Shown here: piece by piece, positions 34,526 through 43,648 of the stretch
Layout of the letters: each line of letters opens with the position of its first letter
Position numbering within the stretch: the first letter of the stretch is position 1
NCBI GenBank assembly: GCA_046483385.1
Contig: JAWODG010000026.1
Coordinates: 26,816-90,815 of the forward strand
Direction: 5' to 3'
Source: Candidatus Brocadiia bacterium
Lineage (GTDB): Bacteria; Planctomycetota; Brocadiia; SM23-32
DNA length: 64,000 nucleotides
The notes under the pieces: generated by a model
What the model was told of the DNA's origin: nothing
What the model saw: the letters and a program-made list of their open reading frames with translations, nothing else
The model's database searches: none
Program-made: the position numbers and the translations under genes

Positions 34526-34912
34526 TCAGTGACCGAGTTCCTTCACGCCCTTCTTTCCGGCCACGGTGCGTCGCTTGCCCTTTCGTGTGCGGGCATTTGT
34601 GCGGGTACGCTGCCCGCGCACGGGCAGGCCTCTGCGGTGGCGCACGCCCCGATAGCAATTGATCTGGCGCAGCCGGGCGATGTTGGTCGCCTCCAGCCGC
34701 TTCAGCTCGCCCTCGATGATGAAGTTTTTGTCCACATAGGCGGCGATCTGACTCAACTCGTCCTCGGTCAGCTCGTGGGCCCGCTTGTCCCTGTCGATAT
34801 CCAGGACATCGCAGATGGCCTCCGCCGACGTGCGCCCGATCCCGTAGATATAGGTCAGCGCGATAACAGTTCTTTTGTCGCTCGGTATGTCAACTCCGAC
34901 AACGCGCGGCAT
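34526..34912 (-). CDS. rpsM: 30S ribosomal protein S13
   Basis: Starts MPRVVGVDIPSDKRTVIALTYIYGIGRTSA. Confidence 0.95.
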   Translation of the reverse strand: MPRVVGVDIPSDKRTVIALTYIYGIGRTSAEAICDVLDIDRDKRAHELTEDELSQIAAYVDKNFIIEGELKRLEATNIARLRQINCYRGVRHRRGLPVRGQRTRTNARTRKGKRRTVAGKKGVKELGH

Positions 34913-34951
34913 ATCTTGTCAATGACCTCCGTTTCTGCCTGCTTGGCGTCT

Positions 34952-35065
34952 TTACCCCTGCCGCTGCTTGTGACGCGGGTCGCGGCAGATGACCCGCACC
35001 ACGCCCTTGCGGCGCACGATTTTGCATTCTTCGCAGAGCCGTTTCACTGAACTGCGTACTTTCAT
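34952..35065 (-). CDS. rpmJ: 50S ribosomal protein L36 (zinc-binding type)
   Basis: Not in the ORF track (too short). The reverse complement reads [37 protein letters not shown] followed by a stop. Confidence 0.92.
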   Translation of the reverse strand: MKVRSSVKRLCEECKIVRRKGVVRVICRDPRHKQRQG

Positions 35066-35125
35066 CTCGATCACCCGCTGTTTGGCATCTAATGCACACG
35101 ACGGTCAGGCTGTAGCGGACGGGCC

Positions 35126-35341
35126 TCAGTCCCTCCACACGATCCTGCCTTTGGTCAGGTCGTAGGGTGACATTTCCAGCGTCACCGTGTCCCCGGGCAT
35201 GATGGTGATCAGCTTCATCCTCATCCGCCCCGAGACGTGCGCAAGCACCTCGTGGCCGTCCTCGAGCTCAACGCGAAACATCGCGTTGGGCAGAGTCTCC
35301 TTGACCTCGCCCTGAACTCTAATGGGTTCTTCTTTCGCCAT
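35126..35341 (-). CDS. infA: translation initiation factor IF-1
   Basis: Starts [41 protein letters not shown]. Confidence 0.95.
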   Translation of the reverse strand: MAKEEPIRVQGEVKETLPNAMFRVELEDGHEVLAHVSGRMRMKLITIMPGDTVTLEMSPYDLTKGRIVWRD

Positions 35342-35394
35342 TTTCGCCTACCAACAAATGATTGTATCACTTCGGACTCTAACCTGCAAGTCCT

Positions 35395-36156
35395 TTATGG
35401 CAAAGTCAATACGACGGGCCCGTCCTCCTCCACCGCCACCGTGTGCTCGAAGTGGGCCGATAGCTCGCGGTCCCTCGTCACCACGGTCCACCCGTCGTCC
35501 AGCACCTCGGTCCGGTAGGTCCCGACGTTCACCATCGGCTCGATGGCCAGCGTCGCGCCGGCCGGCAGCACGGGACTATTCCGCATCAGACGGGGACGCA
35601 CCACGTTGGGCACCTGCGGCTCCTCGTGCAGGCTGCGTCCTATGCCGTGTCCGGTGTATTCACGCACCAGGCTGAAGCCTTGCTCCTCAGCCGTTCGCTG
35701 CACGGCTCCGGAAATGTCGCTCACGCGCACGCCGGCCCGGACCGCCTGCACGCCGGCTTCCAGCGCCATGCGAGTCGCGCGTATAAGCCGACGGGCCTCT
35801 TCCGTGACGTCGCCGATGGGAATCGTCACCGCCGCGTCGCCGTGGTAACCTTCCCAGACGACACCGACGTCCACTTTCAGCAGGTCACCCTCGCGGAGCT
35901 TGCGTGCCCCGGGAATTCCGTGCACCACCTCCTCGTTGATGGACGTGCACACGTTTGCCGGGAAGCCGCGATAGCCGTTGAAGGCGGCCGTTGCGCCCTG
36001 CTCCCGTATATACTCCTCCGCCGCGCGGTCAAGCTGGCCGGTGGTCATCCCGGGTTCGGCGATGTCAGAGAGCAGACGCAGGACCTCGCCTACGATGCGC
36101 CCGGCCTCCCGCATCTTCGCCAGCTCCGCCGGCGTTTTCACCTTGATCCTGCTCAC
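35395..36156 (-). CDS. map: methionine aminopeptidase type I
   Basis: Contains KMREAGRIV, metal-ligand contexts DLLKVDVGV, DAAVT, TGHGIG and LAIEPM, and HFEHTV. Confidence 0.92.
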   Translation of the reverse strand: MSRIKVKTPAELAKMREAGRIVGEVLRLLSDIAEPGMTTGQLDRAAEEYIREQGATAAFNGYRGFPANVCTSINEEVVHGIPGARKLREGDLLKVDVGVVWEGYHGDAAVTIPIGDVTEEARRLIRATRMALEAGVQAVRAGVRVSDISGAVQRTAEEQGFSLVREYTGHGIGRSLHEEPQVPNVVRPRLMRNSPVLPAGATLAIEPMVNVGTYRTEVLDDGWTVVTRDRELSAHFEHTVAVEEDGPVVLTLP

Positions 36157-36174
36157 CTGAGCCCTTTCGGCTCG

Positions 36175-36819
36175 TTACTGCGCGCCCGAAAGCACCTGCT
36201 CCGTGGCGCGCGTGACTTCGTCCGGCGCCGGCGAGGCATCAACCCGCTCCAGCAGGCCGCGTTCCTCGTAGAAATCCACCAGCGGGTACGTCTTCTGCCG
36301 GTACTGCTTCAGGCGTTCCCTGACCACTTCCTCGGAGCTGTCGCTGCGCACCTTGAGCTGACCGCCGCACTCATCGCAGACCATGTCCTCCGCGGGCGGC
36401 ATGAACTTCTTGTGGTAGTTCGCGCCGCACTGGATGCAGACAAGGCGGCCCGTCAGTCTCTCCATCGCCATCTCGTCGGACAGATCGAAGTAGACCACAA
36501 CATCCAGCGACTGGTTCCGCTCCCGGAGCATCTTCTCCAGGTCGCGCCCCTGCTGGATCGTCCTGGGGTATCCGTCCAGGATGTAGTCATCCTCCTCGGC
36601 GACGACCATCTCCTCGACGACCTTCGAGGTCAACTCGTCGGGCACCAGCGTACCGGCGTCCAGGTGTTCCTGCACCTTCTCGCCCAGAGGCGTACCTTCG
36701 GCGATGGCCCGACGGAAGATGTCCCCGGTCGAGGCGTGCACCAGGTCGAATCGCTCCGACATACGGCCGGCCTGCGTGCCTTTTCCGGCTCCCGGTGGTC
36801 CGAGGAAAACTGCTTTCAC
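36175..36819 (-). CDS. adk: adenylate kinase (zinc-lid type)
   Basis: P-loop GPPGAGKGTQ and a lid region CIQCGANYH...CDECGG. Confidence 0.95.
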   Translation of the reverse strand: MKAVFLGPPGAGKGTQAGRMSERFDLVHASTGDIFRRAIAEGTPLGEKVQEHLDAGTLVPDELTSKVVEEMVVAEEDDYILDGYPRTIQQGRDLEKMLRERNQSLDVVVYFDLSDEMAMERLTGRLVCIQCGANYHKKFMPPAEDMVCDECGGQLKVRSDSSEEVVRERLKQYRQKTYPLVDFYEERGLLERVDASPAPDEVTRATEQVLSGAQ

Positions 36820-36861
36820 TTCTCGTATCCCGTCACTTGAGGGGTATGTTCCGGATTGTCT

Positions 36862-38262
36862 TCAGCGGCGTCGGCTGCGGCGTCGTCCGCCGGCTCCGGC
36901 GGCGAACCCGCTGTAGCGTCTCATCTCCAGGTGGTCGTTGATCTTCCGCACCAGGTCCAGCGTCACGCCGACCACGATCAGGATGCTGGTGCCGCCCATC
37001 AAGCCGGCCACGCCCCAGCCCACGCCGAGGCCCGCCATCACCAGAGTCGGCAGCAGCGCGATAATCAGCAGGAAGAACGCTCCGGCCATGGTGACGCGGT
37101 TCATTATGCCTTCCAGGTAGTTGGCCGTGCGCCGTCCCGGCCTTATGCCGGGGATGAAACTGCCGTGGTTCTGCAGGTTCTCGCTCATGTCGCGCGGGTT
37201 GAAAATGACCGCGGTCCAGAAGTAGCAGAAGAAGAATATCAGCATGCCGTAGACGAGAACGTAAGTCAGCGAGACGTCCTGACCGGACGGGCCGAACGCG
37301 TCCTGCATCCACGTGAAGAACGAGTACCAGAATCCCCCCTGCTCCGCGTGAACCATGGCGTAGCGGGCTATGGTCTGTGGGAACTGCAGCAGCACGGAGG
37401 CGAAGATGATGGGCATCACGCCCGCCGTGTTGACGCGCAGCGGCAGGTAGTGCTTCTGCCCGCCATAGACTTTCGGCCCTCGCACGTGCTTCTGCTGCTG
37501 GACGGGGATTCGACGTTCGCCTTGCGTTATGAACACGATGGCCACAACGACCGCCACGAATAGTGCGATCAAGAGCACCACCTTGAGCATGGCGTTCTGC
37601 TGGCTCTCGGCCGACTGGATGCGCATGCTGAGCTGGTATATGGCGGACGGCAGTCGGGCCAGGATGTTGACGGTGATGATCAGCGAGATGCCGTTGCCTA
37701 TGCCGTGCTGGTCGATCTGCTCGCCAAGCCACATCAGGAACATCGTTCCGGCGGTCATCAGGGCGGCGCCGGTGATCACAAACTGGAAGACACCCAGCCA
37801 ACTCTCGGTCATCCCCGACGCAATGATGCCGCTCTGGCCGGCCTCCTCGCCCATCAGAGCGCGCAGAAGGATGGAGCCCTGCAGGAAGCAGACGAACAAC
37901 GTCGCCAGCCGCGTGTACTGGTTTAGTTTCCGCTGCCCGGCCGCGCCCTCCTTGCGCAGTTGCTCCAGGCTCGGGATGACGTTGGCCAGCAACGTGAAGA
38001 TGATCGACGCGGTGATGTAGGGCATGATGCCGAGCCCGAAGATGGCGGCACGTCCCAGTGCACCGCCACTGAACAGGTTCAGCAGGCCGAGCACACCGAA
38101 GCCGCCGGCCTGGAACTGCCGCTGCAAGGCACCGATGTTCACTCCGGGCAGCGGTATGAACGCGCCGACCCGGCAGAGCGCAAGCAGCCCCAGCGTGATG
38201 AGTATTTTCCGGCGCAGGTCACGTATGCGCCAGGCGTTGCCCATTTGCTCAAGCAAAGGCAT
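36862..38262 (-). CDS. secY: preprotein translocase subunit SecY
   Basis: 466-aa polytopic protein with RILITLGLLALCRVGAFIPLPGV and FGLGIMPYITASII. Its ATG directly abuts the rplO stop (TAAATG). Confidence 0.93.
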   Translation of the reverse strand: MPLLEQMGNAWRIRDLRRKILITLGLLALCRVGAFIPLPGVNIGALQRQFQAGGFGVLGLLNLFSGGALGRAAIFGLGIMPYITASIIFTLLANVIPSLEQLRKEGAAGQRKLNQYTRLATLFVCFLQGSILLRALMGEEAGQSGIIASGMTESWLGVFQFVITGAALMTAGTMFLMWLGEQIDQHGIGNGISLIITVNILARLPSAIYQLSMRIQSAESQQNAMLKVVLLIALFVAVVVAIVFITQGERRIPVQQQKHVRGPKVYGGQKHYLPLRVNTAGVMPIIFASVLLQFPQTIARYAMVHAEQGGFWYSFFTWMQDAFGPSGQDVSLTYVLVYGMLIFFFCYFWTAVIFNPRDMSENLQNHGSFIPGIRPGRRTANYLEGIMNRVTMAGAFFLLIIALLPTLVMAGLGVGWGVAGLMGGTSILIVVGVTLDLVRKINDHLEMRRYSGFAAGAGGRRRSRRR

Positions 38263-38772
38263 TTACTCTTCCACTTCCACCCAGGGCTCTGTCGATTCCA
38301 TCTTGTTTCGTTCGGGCGGTCGGGGCGGCTCGATGACTTCCACCGTCCCCCCGGCCTCTTCGATCTTCCGCACGGCACTGTCGCTGAAGGCGTGCGCGCG
38401 CACGGTGAGGGCGTGCTCAAGCTCGCCGTCGCCCAGTACCTTGATGCCGCCGGGTGCGGGCTGTTTGACCACACCGGCCTCCTGCAGTTCCTCCGGTGTC
38501 ACGCGGGCGCCCTCGGGGAAGACGTTCAGCCTGCCCACGTTGACCACCGAGTATTCAGTCTTGAAGGGTGCATTGGAGAAACCACGCTTGGGCAGCCGAC
38601 GCCAGAACGGCAGCGCACCGCCGACCATGCCGCGCGAACTCCATCCGCTGCGCGACCTGGCGCCATTGTGGCCCCGGCCGGAGGTTTTGCCACTGCCGCT
38701 GCCACGCCCCCGCCCGACGCGCTTGCGCCGGTCGCGTGGGCTCCAGCGACGCTTGATTTTGCTCAAATCCAT
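38263..38772 (-). CDS. rplO: 50S ribosomal protein L15
   Basis: The ATG at 38772 gives MDLSKIKRRWSPRDRRKRVGRGRGSGSGKTSGRGHNG. The track ORF running up to 39060 is a frame artefact over the rpsE tail. Confidence 0.9.
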   Translation of the reverse strand: MDLSKIKRRWSPRDRRKRVGRGRGSGSGKTSGRGHNGARSRSGWSSRGMVGGALPFWRRLPKRGFSNAPFKTEYSVVNVGRLNVFPEGARVTPEELQEAGVVKQPAPGGIKVLGDGELEHALTVRAHAFSDSAVRKIEEAGGTVEVIEPPRPPERNKMESTEPWVEVEE

Positions 38773-38815
38773 GATGCTCTCTTCCTCTCGGGATGCTGCG
38801 AGTGCTGCGGTCCGA

Positions 38816-39571
38816 CTACTCTTGCTCGTCCTCCGGTTCCTCGGCCTCGGCTTCCGCCTCTGCTTCCACGGCCTCGCCCTGAGCTTCAGCGTCGGTTTCG
38901 CCCCGGGGCTGTTCCTCTGCCGGGGCTTCCTCTTCTGCTTCTGGCGCTTCGGCCGGCGCGGTCTCCTCTTCGGCCCCAGATTCTTCGTCCAGGGCGGTTT
39001 CCTCTTCGGCCTCGGCCGCGGCCTCAGCCGCTTCCGCCTCTTCGGCTTCCCCTTCCTCACGGTCGACCTGGACCTGCGGATGGTGCAGGTCCACCTCGAC
39101 GCCGCGCAGACGGGCCACTTCAGCAGCCGAGCGCAGGCTGCGCAGGGCCTTCATGGTGGCCTTGGCCACGTTGACGGCGTTGGTGCTGCCGTGCACCTTG
39201 GTCAGGACGTTGTGCACGCCCAGCACTTCCAGGATGGCGCGGACCGTGGCGCCGGCCTTCACGCCCGTTCCGGGGCTGGCCGGCTTGAGCATCACCTCGG
39301 CGGAGTCCTGCTGCGCGAACACCTCGTGTGCGATGGTGTCGCCCACCATCTCCACTTCCATCATGGACCCGCGGGCCTCCTTGGCGGCTTTCTCGATGGC
39401 GGCCGGCACGCCGCGGGCCTTGCCGTAGCCGAACCCAACGCGTCCATTGCCGTCGCCCACGGCCACCAGGGCGGCCACACCCAGGGTCCGCCCGCCCTTG
39501 GTCACCTTGTTGGGAAACCGGATCTCGATAACTTCCTCAAGCAATCCGGAATCTTGTTGTCTTGCTGCCAT
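38816..39571 (-). CDS. rpsE: 30S ribosomal protein S5 with an acidic C-terminal extension of about 85 aa
   Basis: The S5 core contains VTKGGRTLGVAALVAVGDGNGRVGFGYGKA and GTGVKAGATVRAILE. The frame then stays open through an E/A-rich tail to the stop at 38816. Confidence 0.9.
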   Translation of the reverse strand: MAARQQDSGLLEEVIEIRFPNKVTKGGRTLGVAALVAVGDGNGRVGFGYGKARGVPAAIEKAAKEARGSMMEVEMVGDTIAHEVFAQQDSAEVMLKPASPGTGVKAGATVRAILEVLGVHNVLTKVHGSTNAVNVAKATMKALRSLRSAAEVARLRGVEVDLHHPQVQVDREEGEAEEAEAAEAAAEAEEETALDEESGAEEETAPAEAPEAEEEAPAEEQPRGETDAEAQGEAVEAEAEAEAEEPEDEQE

Positions 39572-39605
39572 GCAACCTCCAGTCGATCGTTAGCGGGACG
39601 CCGGT

Positions 39606-39989
39606 TCAGAATCCCTCCGCACCGGCCTCCTCGAACTGCTCTCGTGCCGCCTCGGCCAGAGCTTTCACGCGGCCATGGTAGCGGTAGCCGCCCCGGTCGA
39701 AGACGACGCTCGTAATCCCTTTCTCCACGCAGTCCCGGCCTACCTTGCGGCCGACCAGCGCCGCGCTCTCCTGGTCGCCGCCCCGTTCGATCTCGTCCCT
39801 TATCTCCGGGCTCAGGCTCGAGGCGGCCACAAGTGTCTGCTGGTTCCAGTCGTCGATCACCTGCGCGTAGATGTGCCGATTGCTGCGATACACGCAGAGC
39901 CGCGGTCGCTCCGGGGTGCCTTCCACCGTTCGGCGCACCCGCCGGTGCCGCTTCTCCCTGTGCTGTCGTTTTTCCTTCGTTCTTTTCAT
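39606..39989 (-). CDS. rplR: 50S ribosomal protein L18
   Basis: Contains [20 protein letters not shown] and [23 protein letters not shown]. Confidence 0.93.
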   Translation of the reverse strand: MKRTKEKRQHREKRHRRVRRTVEGTPERPRLCVYRSNRHIYAQVIDDWNQQTLVAASSLSPEIRDEIERGGDQESAALVGRKVGRDCVEKGITSVVFDRGGYRYHGRVKALAEAAREQFEEAGAEGF

Positions 39990-40000
39990 CGCTCAGGCCT

Positions 40001-40573
40001 TTACTGCAATCCGGTGAACGCTTTACCCTCTTTGCGCCGCACGTATTCGCCGGCGTACCGGATGCCTTTGCCCTTGTAGGGCTCCGGCGGGCGGACAGCC
40101 CGGACGGTGGCGGCGAACTGCCCCACCTGCTCCTTGTCGATGCCCTTCACGGTAAACTTCGCCGGGTTGTCCTGCTGTGCGTTGGTCTGCTCTATCTCGA
40201 CCTCGATGTTCTCCGGCAGATCGAATGTAACCTCGTGGCAGAAGCCCAGCTGCAGAACCAGCGTGTTGCCACGCAGGTCCACGCTGTAACCCATGCCGTA
40301 GATCTCGAGTTTCTTGGAGAAACCTTCGCTGACGCCTTCCACGCTATTCGCTATCAGGCTGCGGTGCAGGCCGTGGAGGGACCGCGTCTGCCGGTCCTCA
40401 TTCTTGCGTCGCACGTGGATCTGCCGGGAGTCCTGCTCGTATTCCAGCTCGAGCACGGGGGGCACCTCGTGCTCCAGTTCGCCGAGTTTTCCCTTTACTT
40501 TCACACCGAGCCCGTCGACGGTCACGTCCACCGCCTCCGGCACGGCTATTGGTTGTAGTCCTATGCGGGACAT
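40001..40573 (-). CDS. rplF: 50S ribosomal protein L6
   Basis: The ATG at 40573 gives MSRIGLQPIAVPEAVDVTVDG. Ends with PPEPYKGKGIRYAGE. Confidence 0.92.
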   Translation of the reverse strand: MSRIGLQPIAVPEAVDVTVDGLGVKVKGKLGELEHEVPPVLELEYEQDSRQIHVRRKNEDRQTRSLHGLHRSLIANSVEGVSEGFSKKLEIYGMGYSVDLRGNTLVLQLGFCHEVTFDLPENIEVEIEQTNAQQDNPAKFTVKGIDKEQVGQFAATVRAVRPPEPYKGKGIRYAGEYVRRKEGKAFTGLQ

Positions 40574-40610
40574 CTGCTTCTCCTCCGTGGAACGAGGGTC
40601 GGCCGGTCGG

Positions 40611-41006
40611 TCATTCAACCGAGCAGAGGACCTCGCCCCCGACTTTCATCTGTCGGCATTCCCGATCGCTCAGGACACCCTTATTGGTCGAGACCACCCA
40701 GATGCCGAGGCCGTTGGCCACGTAGCCCAGGTCGTCCACGCCGCTATATACGCGGCGGCCCGGTTTGGACACGCGTTCCAGCTTACGGACGACCTTCTCG
40801 CCCAGGGGCCCGTATTTCAGCCAGATTTTCAGCAGCTTCGACGGCGGCTCGCCCACGACGCGGTAGTCTTCGATGAAGCCTTCGTCCTTCAACACACGGG
40901 CGATGTTCTCTTTGAGGTTCGAGGCGGGCATTTCCACCGTCTCGAACTCCCGCCTCAGCGCGTTGCGGATGCGCGTCAACATGTCGGCCACAGGGTCAGT
41001 CATCAT
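40611..41006 (-). CDS. rpsH: 30S ribosomal protein S8
   Basis: Starts MMTDPVADMLTRIRNALRRE. Confidence 0.95.
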   Translation of the reverse strand: MMTDPVADMLTRIRNALRREFETVEMPASNLKENIARVLKDEGFIEDYRVVGEPPSKLLKIWLKYGPLGEKVVRKLERVSKPGRRVYSGVDDLGYVANGLGIWVVSTNKGVLSDRECRQMKVGGEVLCSVE

Positions 41007-41073
41007 GGTCCATGCCTCTGATATGCGTTACTCGCGCCCGAAGTCCTTTCCACGCACGCAGGTTGGGGCACTC

Positions 41074-41259
41074 TCACCAGCTCGCCTTGGTGACGCCGGG
41101 GATCTTGCCCTCACTGGCCAGGTTGCGGAAGCAGATCCGGCAGATCTGGAACTTCCTCATGTATCCCCGGGCCCGTCCACACAACCTGCACCGGTTATTC
41201 TTGCGCGTGCTGTACTTCGGTTCGCGCATCGATTTTTCCACAAGAGCTTTCCGAGCCAT
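41074..41259 (-). CDS. rpsN: 30S ribosomal protein S14, short zinc-binding (type Z) form
   Basis: 61 aa, with [20 protein letters not shown]. Confidence 0.93.
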   Translation of the reverse strand: MARKALVEKSMREPKYSTRKNNRCRLCGRARGYMRKFQICRICFRNLASEGKIPGVTKASW

Positions 41260-41303
41260 CCCGGATGCTCACCTCCATACGTCAGATCAACGTGCGGGGG
41301 CCC

Positions 41304-41891
41304 CTATCGGCGGAAGGGCATCCCCAGAATACTCAACAGTTCGAACGCCTGCTGGTCCGTCTCGGCCGTCGTCACGATAGTTACGTCCAGGCCGAAGACG
41401 TGGTCCAGCTCCTCGATGTCAACCTCGGGAAACACGACGACTTCCTGAATCCCCAGGCTGTAGTTGCCGCTCCCGTCAAACGCGTTGGGCGAGAGCCCGC
41501 GGAAATCGCGCACACGGGGCAGCGCCACGCTGATGAGGCGGTCCAGGAACTCATACATCCTGTCCCGCCGCAGCGTCACCTTGCACCCGATGGGCACGCC
41601 CTGTCGCAGGTTGAACCCCGCGACACTGCGGCGCGCGCGCGTGATGACCGGCTGCTGGCCGGCGATGATCCGCATGCTATCCACGGCATCCTGCAAGGCT
41701 CCGGAATCCTCGACGGCCTCGCCCACCCCCATGTTCAGGGAGATTTTGACGGGGCGCGGCACCGCCAGGCGGTTTTCCAACCCGAAGCGCTCCATCAACT
41801 GCGGGACCGCTTCCTGCTCGTAGTAGGTCTTCAGCCGCGGCACGTAGTCTTCCGCAACTGTCTCTTCGGCTGTGTCTGCCGTTTCTGCCAT
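41304..41891 (-). CDS. rplE: 50S ribosomal protein L5
   Basis: The ATG at 41891 gives MAETADTAEETVAEDYVPRLKTYYEQEAVPQLMERFG. Later contains DGSGNYSLGIQE. Confidence 0.9.
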   Translation of the reverse strand: MAETADTAEETVAEDYVPRLKTYYEQEAVPQLMERFGLENRLAVPRPVKISLNMGVGEAVEDSGALQDAVDSMRIIAGQQPVITRARRSVAGFNLRQGVPIGCKVTLRRDRMYEFLDRLISVALPRVRDFRGLSPNAFDGSGNYSLGIQEVVVFPEVDIEELDHVFGLDVTIVTTAETDQQAFELLSILGMPFRR

Positions 41892-41914
41892 TGCTCGTAT
41901 CGCTTCCGTTGCTA

Positions 41915-42271
41915 CTATTCGACTCGGGGTATCGGCGCGCCGCACTTGACGCAGACGCGTCTCTTGCTGCCGTCCTCGCCGACTTCCGTACGGGTACGGA
42001 CGGGCCGGTCGTGCCGATCACACTCGCGGTTGGCGCAGACGAGCATGACGTTGGAGGCATGTATCGGAGCCTCGATCTGCATGCGTCCGCCCTGCGGGTT
42101 CTGCTGGCTGCGCCGCACGTGCTTCCACACCATGTTGATGCCTTCGACCACTACCCTGTCGTCCTGCGGTATCGTGCGAAGAACGCGTCCGCGGGCACCG
42201 CGGGCGTTGCCGGCCACAATCTCCACGGTGTCGCCCTGCCGCACGTGCAGGCTTTGTCGCTTTCCACCCAT
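41915..42271 (-). CDS. rplX: 50S ribosomal protein L24 with Cys4 C-terminal hairpin
   Basis: KOW region HVRQGDTVEIVAGNARGARGRVL and IEAPIHASNVML, followed by C79-x4-C84...C107-x2-C110. Confidence 0.9.
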   Translation of the reverse strand: MGGKRQSLHVRQGDTVEIVAGNARGARGRVLRTIPQDDRVVVEGINMVWKHVRRSQQNPQGGRMQIEAPIHASNVMLVCANRECDRHDRPVRTRTEVGEDGSKRRVCVKCGAPIPRVE

Positions 42272-42276
42272 GTTTG

Positions 42277-42645
42277 CTATACGACCTCCGCGGCGAGACT
42301 GATGATGCGCATGAAATTCTTCTGTCGCAATTCCCGGGCGACGGCCCCGAAGATTCGGGTGCCGCGCGGATTGCCGTCGGGCTGCAGAAGCACAAGGGCG
42401 TTGCTGTCGAACCGGACGTAACTGCCGTCCGGGCGCCGCACGGGGGCTTTAGTCCTGACGACGACGGCCCGCACGACCTCGCCCCGCTTGACGTCGCTGC
42501 CGGGGATGACCCGGGTGACGCTCCCGACGACCAGGTCGCCGACGCTGGCGTATCTGTGGCGGCTCCCGCCGAGGACTTTCACGCAGCGCACGGCCCGTGC
42601 GCCGGTGTTGTCCGCCACGTTCAGCACTGTCTGTTCCTGAATCAT
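42277..42645 (-). CDS. rplN: 50S ribosomal protein L14
   Basis: The ATG at 42645 (SD GGAGGAG upstream) gives [28 protein letters not shown]. Confidence 0.95.
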   Translation of the reverse strand: MIQEQTVLNVADNTGARAVRCVKVLGGSRHRYASVGDLVVGSVTRVIPGSDVKRGEVVRAVVVRTKAPVRRPDGSYVRFDSNALVLLQPDGNPRGTRIFGAVARELRQKNFMRIISLAAEVV

Positions 42646-42673
42646 CTCGGGGCTCTCCTCCGGTGGCTGGATG

Positions 42674-42991
42674 CTACGCGGGCATCTCGGATTCTGCAGT
42701 TCCGGCGAGCGGCTCCTCGACTTCCAGCCGGGGTGCCCGTCGCAGGATGCGCACCAGCAGCCAGCGTTTCCGTTTCGACAGCGGTCGCGTGCTTTCCAGC
42801 TCCACCAGGTCCCCTTCCCGCGCATCGTCGTGCGGGTCGTGGGCCATGAAGGTGGAACTGCGGCGCAGATACTTGCCGTACAAGGGATGCTTGACCAGCC
42901 GTTCGACCGTCACAGTGATCGTCTTGTCCATCTTGTCGCTCTTGACGACCCCCTGGACGCGTTTCCTTTGTGGTGTCCGCTCCTCGCTCAT
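42674..42991 (-). CDS. rpsQ: 30S ribosomal protein S17
   Basis: The ATG at 42991 gives [40 protein letters not shown]. Confidence 0.9.
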   Translation of the reverse strand: MSEERTPQRKRVQGVVKSDKMDKTITVTVERLVKHPLYGKYLRRSSTFMAHDPHDDAREGDLVELESTRPLSKRKRWLLVRILRRAPRLEVEEPLAGTAESEMPA

Positions 42992-43016
42992 ATCTCCGTA
43001 TACCTGATGCACGATT

Positions 43017-43232
43017 TCATTCGGTTGCCGCTTCTGCGGCCCCCTGGAGTTTCATCTCCCTCAGGACCGTTTTGCAGCGGGCGATGTCCCGGCGCAGGCG
43101 CTTGCGGCGGCTCGTGTCCGGGTTCTCCTCGGCCTGCCACTGGAACTTCAGGTTGAACAGTTCCTCCTGCAGATTCCGCAGTTCCCGCTCGATGTCTTCC
43201 CGGTCGCGGCCTCTCAGTTCGCTGGCTCTCAT
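43017..43232 (-). CDS. rpmC: 50S ribosomal protein L29
   Basis: The ATG at 43232 (SD GGAGGG upstream) gives MRASELRGRDREDIERELRNLQEELFNLKFQ. It overlaps the rplP stop as ATGA. Confidence 0.9.
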   Translation of the reverse strand: MRASELRGRDREDIERELRNLQEELFNLKFQWQAEENPDTSRRKRLRRDIARCKTVLREMKLQGAAEAATE

Positions 43233-43648
43233 GTGCGAGCCCTCCGATGCACGAACCTCGTCTTCAGCGGCAGCTTGTGGGCCACGCGGGAGAAGGCGGC
43301 GATGGCGCGCTCTTCCGGCACGCCGGCCAGCTCGAACAGAACCGTGCCGGCCTTCACCTCGGCCGTCCATCCGGCCACCTCGCCCTTGCCCTTACCCATC
43401 CGGGTTTCGGTCGGGGTCTCGGTGTAGCTCTTGTGCGGGAACACGCGGGTCACCAGTTTCCCTTCGCGCCGCAGGTAGTGCATGACCGCCAGGCGGCCGG
43501 CCTCCAGTTGCTCGGCCGTAATCCGACCCGCCTCCAGCACCTGCAGGCCGTATTCGCCGAAGGAGACGCGGTTGCCGCGGCTGGCCTTGCCGCGTGTTTT
43601 GCCCCGCTGGAACTTGCGGTGCTTGACTCTTTTAGGCATTAACGGCAT
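43229..43648 (-). CDS. rplP: 50S ribosomal protein L16
   Basis: The ATG at 43648 (SD GGAGGAG upstream) gives MPLMPKRVKHRKFQRGKTRG. An alternative ATG lies at 43639. Confidence 0.9.
   Translation of the reverse strand: MPLMPKRVKHRKFQRGKTRGKASRGNRVSFGEYGLQVLEAGRITAEQLEAGRLAVMHYLRREGKLVTRVFPHKSYTETPTETRMGKGKGEVAGWTAEVKAGTVLFELAGVPEERAIAAFSRVAHKLPLKTRFVHRRART

Noticed and set aside
38773-39060. K/R/P-rich extension of about 96 aa in frame with L15 (track ORF 38263-39060).
   Set aside because: It is the frame-shifted reading of the purine-rich codons that encode the acidic S5 tail. L15 has a canonical N-terminus (MDLSKIKRR...GRGRGSG) with its own SD at 38772.
38816-39079. Short periodic GAG/GCC/GAA repeats (also 20160-20520 and 30766-30885), considered as a possible CRISPR or microsatellite array.
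   Set aside because: These are codon-level low complexity inside open reading frames that encode acidic tails. There is no repeat-spacer architecture.
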